Source: a virus. Taken from it: a DNA stretch of 64,000 bases. Below the pieces are notes generated by a model, which was not told the DNA's origin, ran no database searches, and saw only the letters and a program-made list of their open reading frames with translations. This document shows, piece by piece, positions 18,901 through 28,128 of this stretch. Each line of letters opens with the position of its first letter. Position 1 is the stretch's first letter. The position numbers and the translations under genes were made by a program. The stretch is taken from positions 1 to 64,000 of the IMG/VR virus record IMGVR_UViG_3300043411_000910; one strand, given 5' to 3'.

Positions 18901-21873
18901 GTAAATGGTAGATTTGCATTATTAAATGCTGATACTGTGGAGATACCAGTAGTTAAAGAAAATGTTTCATCATCATATTACAATGTACTTTGGGCTTTAT
19001 GTGTTAACGATAAATCTGAATATGTGTCTATACCAATAACAGATATTCAAATTTCAGGAAATTATACGCCAGGATCAAGAAAGGTCTCTTTAACTGAATT
19101 AACAAGTGCAACTACGTACAAAGTAGAATCAAGTACGATAGAAAAACTATTGGTAAGAAAAGATTTAGTTATTTTATATCTGGTTAATTCAGTAATAACT
19201 GGCACTGGTCCATATACAACAACTTTAAATATAATGGATATGAAGCGCTATGCTTATAGCACAGATAGTTATTCAGCTAAATATACAGATATAAAAGAAT
19301 TTGGAAATTATAGGTCTATAACATCTATTGTTAATAATTTAAGATTCAATGGATCTAATATTAGTTTTGTTGATGTCAACGGAGCTGTAGAGGGATGTGA
19401 GACAGATCTTGTATTAACACAATCAAATATAATAACAATATCTGGTGGTGGACCAGATGTATCTTCTATTTTATTTACAGATAGGACTTTAAATGTTAAA
19501 AATATACATTTTAAAAATCTAAGATTACAAATAGAAAATACAACCACAAATAATGTTTTGAATATAGATGATAAATGTGAGTTTGAAAACTGTGAAATAT
19601 CTATAACAATGACTGGATCTGGATTTGCAGCCGGCTATGCAATTCAGGTTGGTGATAATGTTAAATTTAATAACTGTGCATTTGACATAAATTATGATGA
19701 TATAGCCGCATCTGGTGAAAAGATGATAAGCTTGATTGGTAACAATATAGAATTTACCAATTGTACATTCATAAGCTCATTCGGTCAAAGCGTTGATTTT
19801 AACTCATCACCATATTACATATATGGCTCAGCAAGAAGCAATGTAAAAATTAAAGACTCAAGTTTTGCTGGAAATGAAAGATCATCTATTTATTTTACAA
19901 ATTCTAGTAAAATAGAAATAGTAAATAACACATTTAATACAACTTTAGATGCCAGTACATATGTACCTGGGTATTCTAGTTCAAATATATGTAATTATTT
20001 TTATGAAGGGATAGTTCATATAAATTCGTCTTCGACTGGAATATCGAACATACTAATAAGAAATAACTCATATACCTCTTCTGTATATAATAGAAAAGAT
20101 TTCTGTTCAGTTGTATTTTCAGGATCAGATGCTAGAATTAAAAATCTAACTATAGAAAATAATTATTTTGAAGATACATCTTCATCTGAAGTACAACATA
20201 CAGCACTAAGCGTAATTTATACTTCGACCAGTCCAAATATTTTAAGAACTGGATATCTAGAAGATTGTATAATCAGAAACAATTACTGCAATAAAGACCA
20301 AGGATTCCTAGTAACATCTAATCATTATTCATCTGATGATAAGATGTATATAAAGATGATTCCAATCAATGTTGTAATAGAAAACAATTTATGTGGATCT
20401 ATAGGTTATTATGGTGGTTCATCTAAGAAAACAACTTCAATTGGTTACAACCATACATCTAATAGGTATTCATCTAACTTAGTGATAAGTAGGAATACAA
20501 CAAACCTAGTATTCAACGCTAGAGCTGATGGTAAGCAACAAAGAATAACCACGCTAGACACTGGTGTTACTGTAAATCTAGCACAATATGCTACATGCGA
20601 AACTAAAATATCAGAAAATACTTCAAGTTATATTTTAGTAGGAATAGCATATAATACTGACTCTTCATTAAAGATAGTTGACAATATTTGTCCAGCATTA
20701 GATAAACAATGGTTAGTTGATAATATAGGCTATTCTTATATTGGCGGAAATACTGTTGTTAGCTATTCAATAATAGTTGATTCATTGAAGCATAATGCAG
20801 CACCAACAGCATCAACAAGTAGACCAGCAAATGATGAAAATTCTTCTTGCATAATATCTAACAATACAATACATCAAGGGTTCTGGCTAAACTCATCTGG
20901 AGTTGCTTATCTAGTGCAGCCAATTGGCTATATCTATTCCAGATCTTCAAGTGTGATCGAGAATAACTATTGCAGAGATACACAGGGTAATTTAACACAC
21001 CTAATATCCGTTGGTGCAGCTAATTGTATAATTAAAGGAAATAATATATCTAGGAACGGAGTTGATAGTTCAGGTACAACTGAAGGATATTTTGGTTTCT
21101 ATAATGATGAATCTACAGCTTGGGATGGTGCTAATTCTCAAGGTCTTGTTGTAGATAATATAATGGATTCGGAATATTTAGATGTCAGTTTAGCCGACAA
21201 TATAGTTAAAAATAAGTTTCCAAACACATGGACAGTAACTAGAAATATAAATCAAGTTGGTTATCAGAGTTTTTCAATAATCTCTGACACTGTTGAATAC
21301 ATATCTGGTGGCGTTACTCAGTCTACTTTAATTGATTCTGATGTAGCTTTTGCCAGGCTACAGGATGCAAGCTCGAACACATATAGCTCATTAATGAGTA
21401 CAATGTTTTGCTCTAATACAACACAAGACAAATTAGTGCAAGTACAATATAATCTTGGTCAATCATTGCCAGATAATGTTAGAGTATTGAGCGCTTCAAT
21501 GAGGATAAAGAAATTAGGTGCTGGAACACTAAATTCTTCATCTCCAGCTTCAGAGTTTAGAATATCATTAAATAGATTAACAACCTCATTTAGTAATCCT
21601 ACAGGATCTATAGATTTAACCTCAATAACAACTTCAGATACATTTGTTGAAACATCAACAATAGTGACACAGAGTTTAAATTCTGGATTATATGATCCAG
21701 CTGCCGTTAATACTGTATTTAGCTTATCTTTAGCTGCTGTTAGCTCAGCTACAGAAAAATTTGTTATCAACGATAGGTCACCAATAATGTTATCATTCAA
21801 TTGCCTATTCCAAGTTGCAACAGGTAATTTAAACATAATTCTATCACCAATGGTTGTTAAATACAAATGGTAA
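15988..21873 (+). CDS. Very large virion protein with a C-terminal pectin-lyase-like beta-helix (tailspike-like)
   Basis: 1961 aa; N-terminal anchor-like MSNYPTSID...INALKEAVINIESELG; repeated F.NC.F and I.NN.. rungs in the C-terminal part; GGAG RBS. Confidence 0.7.
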   Translation: MSNYPTSIDNDATIPSVNDNITEIGAEAINALKEAVINIESELGIGLSGSVADLATRLDVALNPDGTINSSVLISAGLVTLPITNSQISATAQIDESKLNLNYPTSTLNTSIALAEAHAQSALGWINLNSNKISSHIDGTSFFHTLSAIEVASDSSGYLKNKYLTNRDNTNSYTFIDDLNSDFVDHQRKDGTTVSSTNVTTLGGGNYPDNYSHTAGAIYINTNNFATIPQTTNTLQELAEFIDNTSIFLYGSRVQNFYSNGVSKASRSVSLKSDTRSIELIPATTARTYLRNDGTTSVPVDDISEGDDIIEFTPEDVVTNNNLFDAQFSLVNAGDIVVVNYGTVQAEFIVKEKKYLYGGGKQYIIRINGTNLKYTTSASVSIYRKQYTTDKQHVLALANAENVDAQLTSLIAIHPRSASVLGIGFNPNLLDTEHYNLYLAFYPNGNLDGYEVLPAIDVTGNAGTTPGRYTLEYIVNKTNLAFRINGYNYRFAAYQYNGEFGIALTDPYSNSAFSIISGTVDSAGAYDQTSTVASYPNNVVDVFDYLDTLSETQKPKDALGFGPSAANIASPPYLGDYATEEQALYPTKVFFPLKRNYYYVNGTERDTFSPDVNQITDGYGDGYWLAEITDVTVIPGPSGRVDVTYKVPYDLLTSNIKIGKTLVIQPLTDGYFIDSGRFMISDISSNMCDGYSDFTSITVYDAVHGFGSSPTTTADIGTFVKLYFNYDSIGFNDQNASDDTVISPFKRYFEVYVNQDGKTFAHERARMSTDPADITVLSQTLYGSLAASNIDVCYISPKLKGYTYGSIKKISLNLDYTSTTGLVLAYLNNYNGVANKTRGPIAQGFIGERIRVYDESNIDFIEIRLDIDNTVASFSSENIDIQLYNSLELDQELFLLGSCLLNTSTNRILVLNDLREFGNVAEKDISKSLIDFIGMGDKYLHSNGVVSGFDLSPDAPNPADNQIYLTGGIASVNGRFALLNADTVEIPVVKENVSSSYYNVLWALCVNDKSEYVSIPITDIQISGNYTPGSRKVSLTELTSATTYKVESSTIEKLLVRKDLVILYLVNSVITGTGPYTTTLNIMDMKRYAYSTDSYSAKYTDIKEFGNYRSITSIVNNLRFNGSNISFVDVNGAVEGCETDLVLTQSNIITISGGGPDVSSILFTDRTLNVKNIHFKNLRLQIENTTTNNVLNIDDKCEFENCEISITMTGSGFAAGYAIQVGDNVKFNNCAFDINYDDIAASGEKMISLIGNNIEFTNCTFISSFGQSVDFNSSPYYIYGSARSNVKIKDSSFAGNERSSIYFTNSSKIEIVNNTFNTTLDASTYVPGYSSSNICNYFYEGIVHINSSSTGISNILIRNNSYTSSVYNRKDFCSVVFSGSDARIKNLTIENNYFEDTSSSEVQHTALSVIYTSTSPNILRTGYLEDCIIRNNYCNKDQGFLVTSNHYSSDDKMYIKMIPINVVIENNLCGSIGYYGGSSKKTTSIGYNHTSNRYSSNLVISRNTTNLVFNARADGKQQRITTLDTGVTVNLAQYATCETKISENTSSYILVGIAYNTDSSLKIVDNICPALDKQWLVDNIGYSYIGGNTVVSYSIIVDSLKHNAAPTASTSRPANDENSSCIISNNTIHQGFWLNSSGVAYLVQPIGYIYSRSSSVIENNYCRDTQGNLTHLISVGAANCIIKGNNISRNGVDSSGTTEGYFGFYNDESTAWDGANSQGLVVDNIMDSEYLDVSLADNIVKNKFPNTWTVTRNINQVGYQSFSIISDTVEYISGGVTQSTLIDSDVAFARLQDASSNTYSSLMSTMFCSNTTQDKLVQVQYNLGQSLPDNVRVLSASMRIKKLGAGTLNSSSPASEFRISLNRLTTSFSNPTGSIDLTSITTSDTFVETSTIVTQSLNSGLYDPAAVNTVFSLSLAAVSSATEKFVINDRSPIMLSFNCLFQVATGNLNIILSPMVVKYKW

Positions 21874-21874
21874 T

Positions 21875-22645
21875 ATGGCTTCAACTAATAACTTCTACAG
21901 ATCAGATTTAAACTCGATACACAATCTTGTTCAATCAAGCATGATTGTGTATCCTAAAGAATTAATACTAGCTGTATTAAAAGACTTTTTTGCTAAGGAC
22001 TCTTTCTATAGATATGTTAAGGATGAATTTGGTTTTGCTAAAACTGTATCTCAAAAAGATCTAGAACTTGAAGATGGTTTAATAAATACAAAAACAACTA
22101 GATTATTTATAGGTGAAAATTATAGGAAAGATGTTATCTTTTATCCAGCAATTTTAATAAAGTCTAATGGTATGAAATATACACCAATTTCATTTAATAG
22201 AAATGAAGGAACCATACAATACAAAAAGGTAATTTATGATGATGGATATGGTCATCAAGTTGAAGTAACAAAACCAGCTGCATTTGTTACAGCTGGTGCT
22301 TGGGAAGGTTCTTTAACCATAGATATTTATTCTAGATCATTAAGGGCTTGTGATGATCTTTCTGAGTTAGTTGGTATGGCTTTAACAGAAATTTATTTCA
22401 ATGTTTTAAGTGATGCCGGAGTACTTGTTAAACCAGTAAGTATTGGTGGATCGAATACTCAAGAAGATAGAAATGATAAACTTTTTAAGCAAAGTATAAA
22501 TTTAGACATCAGGACAGAGTATAGAAGAGAAATTCCAATCTATAATTTGATAGAAGCAATAAACTTTGTAATTGAGTTTGATGATCTATCAAGTGGTGAA
22601 TCTTCACCTGCTACAGATCTTACTATAAATTATAAAATAGAATGA
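21875..22645 (+). CDS. Probable tail terminator/completion protein
   Basis: Directly upstream of the sheath; YPAILIK and LTIDIYSRS motifs; start MASTNN at 21875. Confidence 0.6.
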   Translation: MASTNNFYRSDLNSIHNLVQSSMIVYPKELILAVLKDFFAKDSFYRYVKDEFGFAKTVSQKDLELEDGLINTKTTRLFIGENYRKDVIFYPAILIKSNGMKYTPISFNRNEGTIQYKKVIYDDGYGHQVEVTKPAAFVTAGAWEGSLTIDIYSRSLRACDDLSELVGMALTEIYFNVLSDAGVLVKPVSIGGSNTQEDRNDKLFKQSINLDIRTEYRREIPIYNLIEAINFVIEFDDLSSGESSPATDLTINYKIE

Positions 22646-22749
22646 TTAATATTTTCTAATTTATAATTGAAGCCAAGTAATTGAACTGGGCATAAAAAGA
22701 AAAATAATTAAGAATAAGAATTCAATGTAAATTCTAGCAGGATAAATAT

Positions 22750-25506
22750 ATGGCAAATATTCCAGGTTTAACAAATACTATACCTAGCGTTGTATCAGAT
22801 GTTACAACACAATCACGAGGTGTTTCACTACAAGGTGGCGCTCGCGTATTAGCTTTGATTGGTGAGGGAAGCACAACAGAAACTCTGGTTTCTACTGCCG
22901 TAGGTGGAGGTAAAGATGGATTAAATTCTTCTTATACTTCAACCACTGGTTCTGATGGTAGACACTTTAGAGCCTCTGCTTTTCCTCTAACAGAAAATAG
23001 AACAGTTGTTAGGAAAAATGGTGTAACCTTAACAGGTTATGAAGGAACCATTGATTCGAATTCATTTTCAAGTAAATATGATTATAGGTTTGATCCAGCA
23101 ACCGGAAAACTAGAGCTTCAAAAAGCTTATATAGTTGATCAAGGTGGATCTACATATGTTCCTCTAACAACAAACGTTGGTATTGGTACAATAAACAGTC
23201 TAACTCTACTAGATCTAAATGCACCAAATGAAACATGGACAATTAGATGTATATCAGTCCAAAGAAACAATCTAAATGAACCTTTAGATCAAGTTGCTAA
23301 ATTCATAGCAATTGGCTCTGTTTCAGGGGCAAAACTTGATTCAAATGGTAATCCAATAATTTGGGTTGCTAATAATCAAGTAGTAAATAACTCAATATTG
23401 AGATTCTCAATACAAGAAACACAATCAAGCGGATCTTCAGAGTCTCCATTTAGAGAGGGTGATGCATTTACAATAAAAGTTGCCAGCGGTGTTCTAAGCA
23501 CAGATGATTCATTATCTCTAACATACATTGCTACAACAACAATAAATGATCCACAGGCAATGCAAGGTATGAATGATGTTATCAAAAAGCATGGTATCCC
23601 AAGCTTAGATAACAATCTTTCTCTAGGCGCCCAATTAGCTTTCGGTGCAGGAGCTTCTACTGTAATATGTGTTCAAGCAGCACCATCAATGCCAAGAAGA
23701 GTTTCTTATTCACTTATTGATGCAATAAACTCAACATCAACAAATGATGAAGAATTTATATTTGCTCTACCAGAAACAGTGACTCCAAATGCAGATTCAG
23801 ATATTCATTTCTTTGTAACAAATAATACAACTAATGAAGAAACACAACAACTACCAAACAAAATTGAATTTTATACTGTTGGTGAATCAGGCGGACCAAC
23901 ACTAACTGATTTTATCAATGATACAACACCACAACCATCAGGTTATTCATACTGTTATTCAGTAATAGAAAGAATAGCCTCTGTATCAACTGGTGCCGAT
24001 GGTTATCTAGCAAGAGATCCTTCTTTCACAACAAAAGGTATATTTAGCTCAGCTGAAGAATTTGACTCAACATATGTAAGCAAAACTTTAAGACTAATTG
24101 ATGCTACTAATGTTGCAAATATAGGTGAGTTTACTGTAACAGCAGTTAATGATGGAAAACTATATGTAACCGCGACTAGCTTCTCAGAGTTTGTAAATGA
24201 ATCCTCAGTAACATTCTCTTTGGTTGATTCATTAACAGATTTATCATTAGCTGATGATACTGATGGTACTCTAGTTAAGATAGCATCAACAGATAAAGCT
24301 ACATTTACTTCTACAGCAGTAGATTTTAGTGTGTTCAATGATATTATTGGTAAAAAACTAAGAATATCATCATCAGATGATAACAATGGTTTATACGATA
24401 TCTTAAGCTATGACTCAGGAACAAATACACTAACAATCAAAAAAGCTTTTGTTTCAGAATCAGGGTTAAGATATGAAGTTCTAGATTCAGCTAACACAAG
24501 TAAATATGTAGTTGTAAACAGAGACGTTGTTCCAAATGGTTATGCTTTAAGAGTAACACTAATAGATGAAAAGGATGCCGCATTCTTCGACGCTGGTTGG
24601 TTGTCAGCTCTAGAATCGCTAGAAACAGTTGAATGTGATATTTTATCTGTTCTACCAAAACAAACAAAATCATCTATATTCCAAAATGCTTTAAATCATT
24701 GTAAGCTAATGAGTAATATAAGAAATAAGAAAGAAAGAGTATTATTCATGGGAGCTATCCAAGGATTAACCCCAGATAATTTGACTGGTACTGAAGATGC
24801 CGCTGTAGAAGACATTGGAGTGCTGGAAGGTATCCAAGGTGATTCAGTCACAGAAGTGCTTGCAGCCAATGTTGAAGATTTAGCTAACTATTCTGTAGCT
24901 GATGCCTTCGGATCAACCTATAGAAATGTTTATCTTTACCCTGACGAGGTTGTTGTTAATGTAAATGGCACTAATACTTTAGTTGATGGATTCTATATGG
25001 CTCCAGCGGCAGCAGGATATGTAAGTGCTGACCCAAAGATTGAAAATCCACTAACAAATAAAGTAATTCCTGGGTTTACAATTCTAAGAAACAAAACATA
25101 TAACCTAACAACACTAGAGGCTTTAGCACAAGCTGGTGTTACAACTCTTCAACCTGTAAGTGGTGGTGGTAGAGTAATATGGGGCAAAACAACAACTCAA
25201 TCTGGTTTCCCAGAAGAAGAAGAAATCAGCATAGTATTCATAAGAGATAGAGTTGCTAAGATAATGAGGGCGGCTTTCCAAGGATTCATTGGTACTCCAG
25301 AAAGCTCAGATCAAAAAGCTGTATTGACAAGCAGAGCTGTTCAAATATTAAATGCACTTGTGTCTCAGAAATTAATAACTGCATACACAGATCCAGTTGT
25401 TGAGAGAGATGGTACAGACCCAAGACAATTTAATATCTCTTTTAATATCCAGCCAACGTATCCAACCAATTGGATTTTTTTGAAAATAAATGTCGGTCAA
25501 CTATAA
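22750..25506 (+). CDS. Contractile tail sheath protein
   Basis: N-terminal IPSVVSDV...VLALIG and C-terminal GRVIWGKTT...EISIVFIRD...IQPTYPTNWIFLKI; 918 aa with inserted domains. Confidence 0.92.
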   Translation: MANIPGLTNTIPSVVSDVTTQSRGVSLQGGARVLALIGEGSTTETLVSTAVGGGKDGLNSSYTSTTGSDGRHFRASAFPLTENRTVVRKNGVTLTGYEGTIDSNSFSSKYDYRFDPATGKLELQKAYIVDQGGSTYVPLTTNVGIGTINSLTLLDLNAPNETWTIRCISVQRNNLNEPLDQVAKFIAIGSVSGAKLDSNGNPIIWVANNQVVNNSILRFSIQETQSSGSSESPFREGDAFTIKVASGVLSTDDSLSLTYIATTTINDPQAMQGMNDVIKKHGIPSLDNNLSLGAQLAFGAGASTVICVQAAPSMPRRVSYSLIDAINSTSTNDEEFIFALPETVTPNADSDIHFFVTNNTTNEETQQLPNKIEFYTVGESGGPTLTDFINDTTPQPSGYSYCYSVIERIASVSTGADGYLARDPSFTTKGIFSSAEEFDSTYVSKTLRLIDATNVANIGEFTVTAVNDGKLYVTATSFSEFVNESSVTFSLVDSLTDLSLADDTDGTLVKIASTDKATFTSTAVDFSVFNDIIGKKLRISSSDDNNGLYDILSYDSGTNTLTIKKAFVSESGLRYEVLDSANTSKYVVVNRDVVPNGYALRVTLIDEKDAAFFDAGWLSALESLETVECDILSVLPKQTKSSIFQNALNHCKLMSNIRNKKERVLFMGAIQGLTPDNLTGTEDAAVEDIGVLEGIQGDSVTEVLAANVEDLANYSVADAFGSTYRNVYLYPDEVVVNVNGTNTLVDGFYMAPAAAGYVSADPKIENPLTNKVIPGFTILRNKTYNLTTLEALAQAGVTTLQPVSGGGRVIWGKTTTQSGFPEEEEISIVFIRDRVAKIMRAAFQGFIGTPESSDQKAVLTSRAVQILNALVSQKLITAYTDPVVERDGTDPRQFNISFNIQPTYPTNWIFLKINVGQL

Positions 25507-25514
25507 AAGTATTG

Positions 25515-25559
25515 AATAAAAAAGTGTGTTGTTATGAAGGCAACACACTTTTTTATTTT
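25515..25559 (+). terminator. Rho-independent terminator after the sheath gene
   Basis: AAAAAAGTGTGTTG...CAACACACTTTTTT inverted repeat with a T run. Confidence 0.7.
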
Positions 25560-26370
25560 CAATGAAGAATATTATTTTTATAACTTCAAAAGCATACAGA
25601 ATGAAGATATATGCAAAAATATAATAAGTTATAGTAATACAACAAGCAATAAAATTATCCACATATCTAAAGCTTTAGGGATAAGCAAAAATACTGTTAA
25701 AACTTTCTTTAAATTAAATAGCCAAGATAAAAACGCTTTAATGCAAAGTATAACTAAAAAATCGTGTGCTATATGCAAGCAAATTAAAGATAAAAATAAT
25801 TTTTCTAAAACTAAAAAAATTACTAAATGGGGTGAGCCAATTTATAATTGTTATTGTAATATATGTCAAATAGAATATACAAAAACAAGTGGTTTAGAGT
25901 ATAGGAAAAATAATAAAGAAAAAATAATTGAAAGGTGGAATAAGTATAAGAAAAACAATAAAGAGGCTGTTAAAATTGTACATAAAAAATATGTATTACG
26001 TAAAACAAATATAGATCCTTATTTTAAGTTCAAAAGAAATTTTTCTTTAAGAATGACTAATATTTTTAAAATAAAAGATAAAGATATGATTTATAGTTTA
26101 TTCGGGTATTCTTTAGATAACCTAAAGATTCATTTGGAATCTAAATTTGAATCATGGATGAATTGGTCTAATTGGGGTAAATATAATATTTCTAGTTGGG
26201 ATGATAATGATAGCACAACATGGAAATGGAATATAGACCATATAATACCACAAAGCTCATTAAAATATAAAACAATCAATGATGAAAATTTTAAAAAATG
26301 TTGGGCACTTGATAATTTAAGACCACTATCTGCAAAAGAAAATTTGATAAAATCAAATAAGATTATATAA
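25534..26370 (+). CDS. Free-standing HNH-type homing endonuclease with N-terminal Zn finger
   Basis: CAIC...CYCNIC and WNIDHIIPQS...CWALDNLRPLSAKENLIK. The start codon is uncertain (25534 lies in a hairpin loop; 25741 is an alternative). Confidence 0.8.
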   Translation: MKATHFFIFNEEYYFYNFKSIQNEDICKNIISYSNTTSNKIIHISKALGISKNTVKTFFKLNSQDKNALMQSITKKSCAICKQIKDKNNFSKTKKITKWGEPIYNCYCNICQIEYTKTSGLEYRKNNKEKIIERWNKYKKNNKEAVKIVHKKYVLRKTNIDPYFKFKRNFSLRMTNIFKIKDKDMIYSLFGYSLDNLKIHLESKFESWMNWSNWGKYNISSWDDNDSTTWKWNIDHIIPQSSLKYKTINDENFKKCWALDNLRPLSAKENLIKSNKII

Positions 26371-26385
26371 AATAAAGCAGCAATT

Positions 26386-26416
26386 AACGCGCGATCATAC
26401 GCGCGTTTTTTATTTT
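26386..26416 (+). terminator. Rho-independent terminator
   Basis: AACGCGCG-atcata-CGCGCGTT followed by TTTTATTTT. Confidence 0.75.
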
Positions 26417-26483
26417 GTGTGTATTATAACTAGGCATTTAATTAATATTACTAATATATAAAAATTATCTTGAGGGATATTAA

Positions 26484-27170
26484 ATGGCTAATAGTAAATT
26501 CTCGTCTTCTGCTAATACAAATTCTACACTTGGATACACTTCAGGTCAGAATAAAACTAGCACATCTTTATCAACAAATATATTAATATATGTTGATACT
26601 GGAAATGGTATTCTACCAATAGGTGCAATACAATCATTAAGCATAAAAGAAAGTAGAGATGTAAAAATGATAAATGAAGTTGGAACTGATGGTAACATCG
26701 ATTCTGTTCCAACTAGTGCTGTGCAAATATCTGGATCTTGCAAAAGAATTAGATATGATGCTTTAAGAGCAACTGAAGCTTTTGGTAGAGCATATCTACA
26801 TTTAGCTTCTCAAATCTATCCTTTTGACATTTACATCATAGACAAAAATCGTAGAAATGGTGGAAAAGTTACAACAGTAATTAAAAATGTTTGGTTTACA
26901 GATACATCAATAGATTATAGCTCAAATGATTGGATTATAACAGATGATGTAAGCTTTAAAGCTGAAAGGGTTTATAGCTTCCTATCTGAATCTGGTGGTA
27001 AATCAGCTGCTACTGGTGGTGATCTTGGTATTACACCTGCTGGTCCTATGAATTCTGAAGGGGTTAGCGATGTTGAAAGAGTAGTTGATGCTGGAAAGGG
27101 TGGAAGACTTGGATCTTTGGATTCAGGTGGTTTACTTGATCTAGTAGATTTCTCAAGCAACGTATTTTAA
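26484..27170 (+). CDS. Tail tube protein
   Basis: Follows the sheath; IGAIQSLSIKESR...INEVG, and VIKNVWFT...Y...DWII.D.VSF.AE. Confidence 0.85.
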   Translation: MANSKFSSSANTNSTLGYTSGQNKTSTSLSTNILIYVDTGNGILPIGAIQSLSIKESRDVKMINEVGTDGNIDSVPTSAVQISGSCKRIRYDALRATEAFGRAYLHLASQIYPFDIYIIDKNRRNGGKVTTVIKNVWFTDTSIDYSSNDWIITDDVSFKAERVYSFLSESGGKSAATGGDLGITPAGPMNSEGVSDVERVVDAGKGGRLGSLDSGGLLDLVDFSSNVF

Positions 27171-27189
27171 TTAAAACAAAAATTGATAT

Positions 27190-27233
27190 ATAACCTATGG
27201 GAGTAATAAAATATTTCCATAGGTTATTTTATT
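27190..27233 (+). terminator. Hairpin/terminator after the tube gene
   Basis: ATAACCTATGG...CCATAGGTTAT stem followed by TTTATTT. Confidence 0.6.
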
Positions 27234-27244
27234 TAAGGAATAAG

Positions 27245-27793
27245 ATGGCAGGATTTGATTCACCAATAGGCAGAAGAGATATTAAGCAAACAAAAACATT
27301 TGAAGTCGAAGATCCAGATCTAGATGAAGACATTGAAAATCAAATAAGAGAACAAAGAAAATTAAAAGCAGCTGGCAAAGAAAGAATGACCAGTAATGCT
27401 AAGAGAAGAATAGAGCTTCTTTTAAATATGACTGTACTAACAGAAGAAGTTACTTTAGGTAAAGTAAAATTTATACTAAGAACTCTTAAAGCTGGGGAAG
27501 TCAAAGAAATATTAAGCGTAATTAATCCATTAAGAGGATCTTATGAATTTGAGTTAGAGATGAAAAGACAAATGCTAGCTAGATCATTAGTTAAGATTAA
27601 TGATTCAGAAGTGGAATCTTTTCTTGATTCAGATACTTTAGATGCTAGACTTGAATTAGTTGACTCATTAGAATCAAGTGTTTTCACTGGACTATTTCTT
27701 GGATATGAAAAGCTACAAAATAATTCAGAAAAATATTATGGAATTGCTAATGCTGAAAATGCAAAGGAAGTAGCTGAAGAAATAAAAAAATAA
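27245..27793 (+). CDS. Tail assembly chaperone (short form)
   Basis: Lies between tube and tape measure; TAAGGA precedes ATG 27245; FILRTLK motif; ends EEIKK on a slippery A run. Confidence 0.8.
   Translation: MAGFDSPIGRRDIKQTKTFEVEDPDLDEDIENQIREQRKLKAAGKERMTSNAKRRIELLLNMTVLTEEVTLGKVKFILRTLKAGEVKEILSVINPLRGSYEFELEMKRQMLARSLVKINDSEVESFLDSDTLDARLELVDSLESSVFTGLFLGYEKLQNNSEKYYGIANAENAKEVAEEIKK
27784..27790 (+). other. Programmed -1 frameshift site (A AAA AAA)
   Basis: Heptamer directly before TAA 27791; the -1 frame is open to 28128. Confidence 0.8.
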
Positions 27794-28128
27794 GATTTGA
27801 ACCGGATCATAGATTTATTTATGAGTTATGTAAAATCTATAGGGTAACACCAGATGATGACTTCATAACAAATATGAATCCGGTTCTTAAGTTATGGTAT
27901 TATTACAACTGGATAGGTGATAAGGAACAGCAGCAAGAAATCGCTAGAGACCATGCATATTTAACAGGTTCATTTATAGACCCAGCAGCCGTTAAAGCTT
28001 TAACTGATCAAGAAAACAAACACGTATCTACGGATGAAGAGTTTGAAGAATCATTTAAAATGGTCCAACAATATAACAATATTAAATTAGGCAATAAACC
28101 TAGAAGAACTAGACCTAAGCGAGAATAA
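27790..28128 (+). CDS. Tail assembly chaperone, frameshifted C-terminal extension
   Basis: The -1 frame reads IRFEPDHRFIYELCKIYRVTPDDDFITN and continues into MNPVLKLWYYYNW; its stop overlaps the tape measure ATG. Confidence 0.78.
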   Translation: MRFEPDHRFIYELCKIYRVTPDDDFITNMNPVLKLWYYYNWIGDKEQQQEIARDHAYLTGSFIDPAAVKALTDQENKHVSTDEEFEESFKMVQQYNNIKLGNKPRRTRPKRE

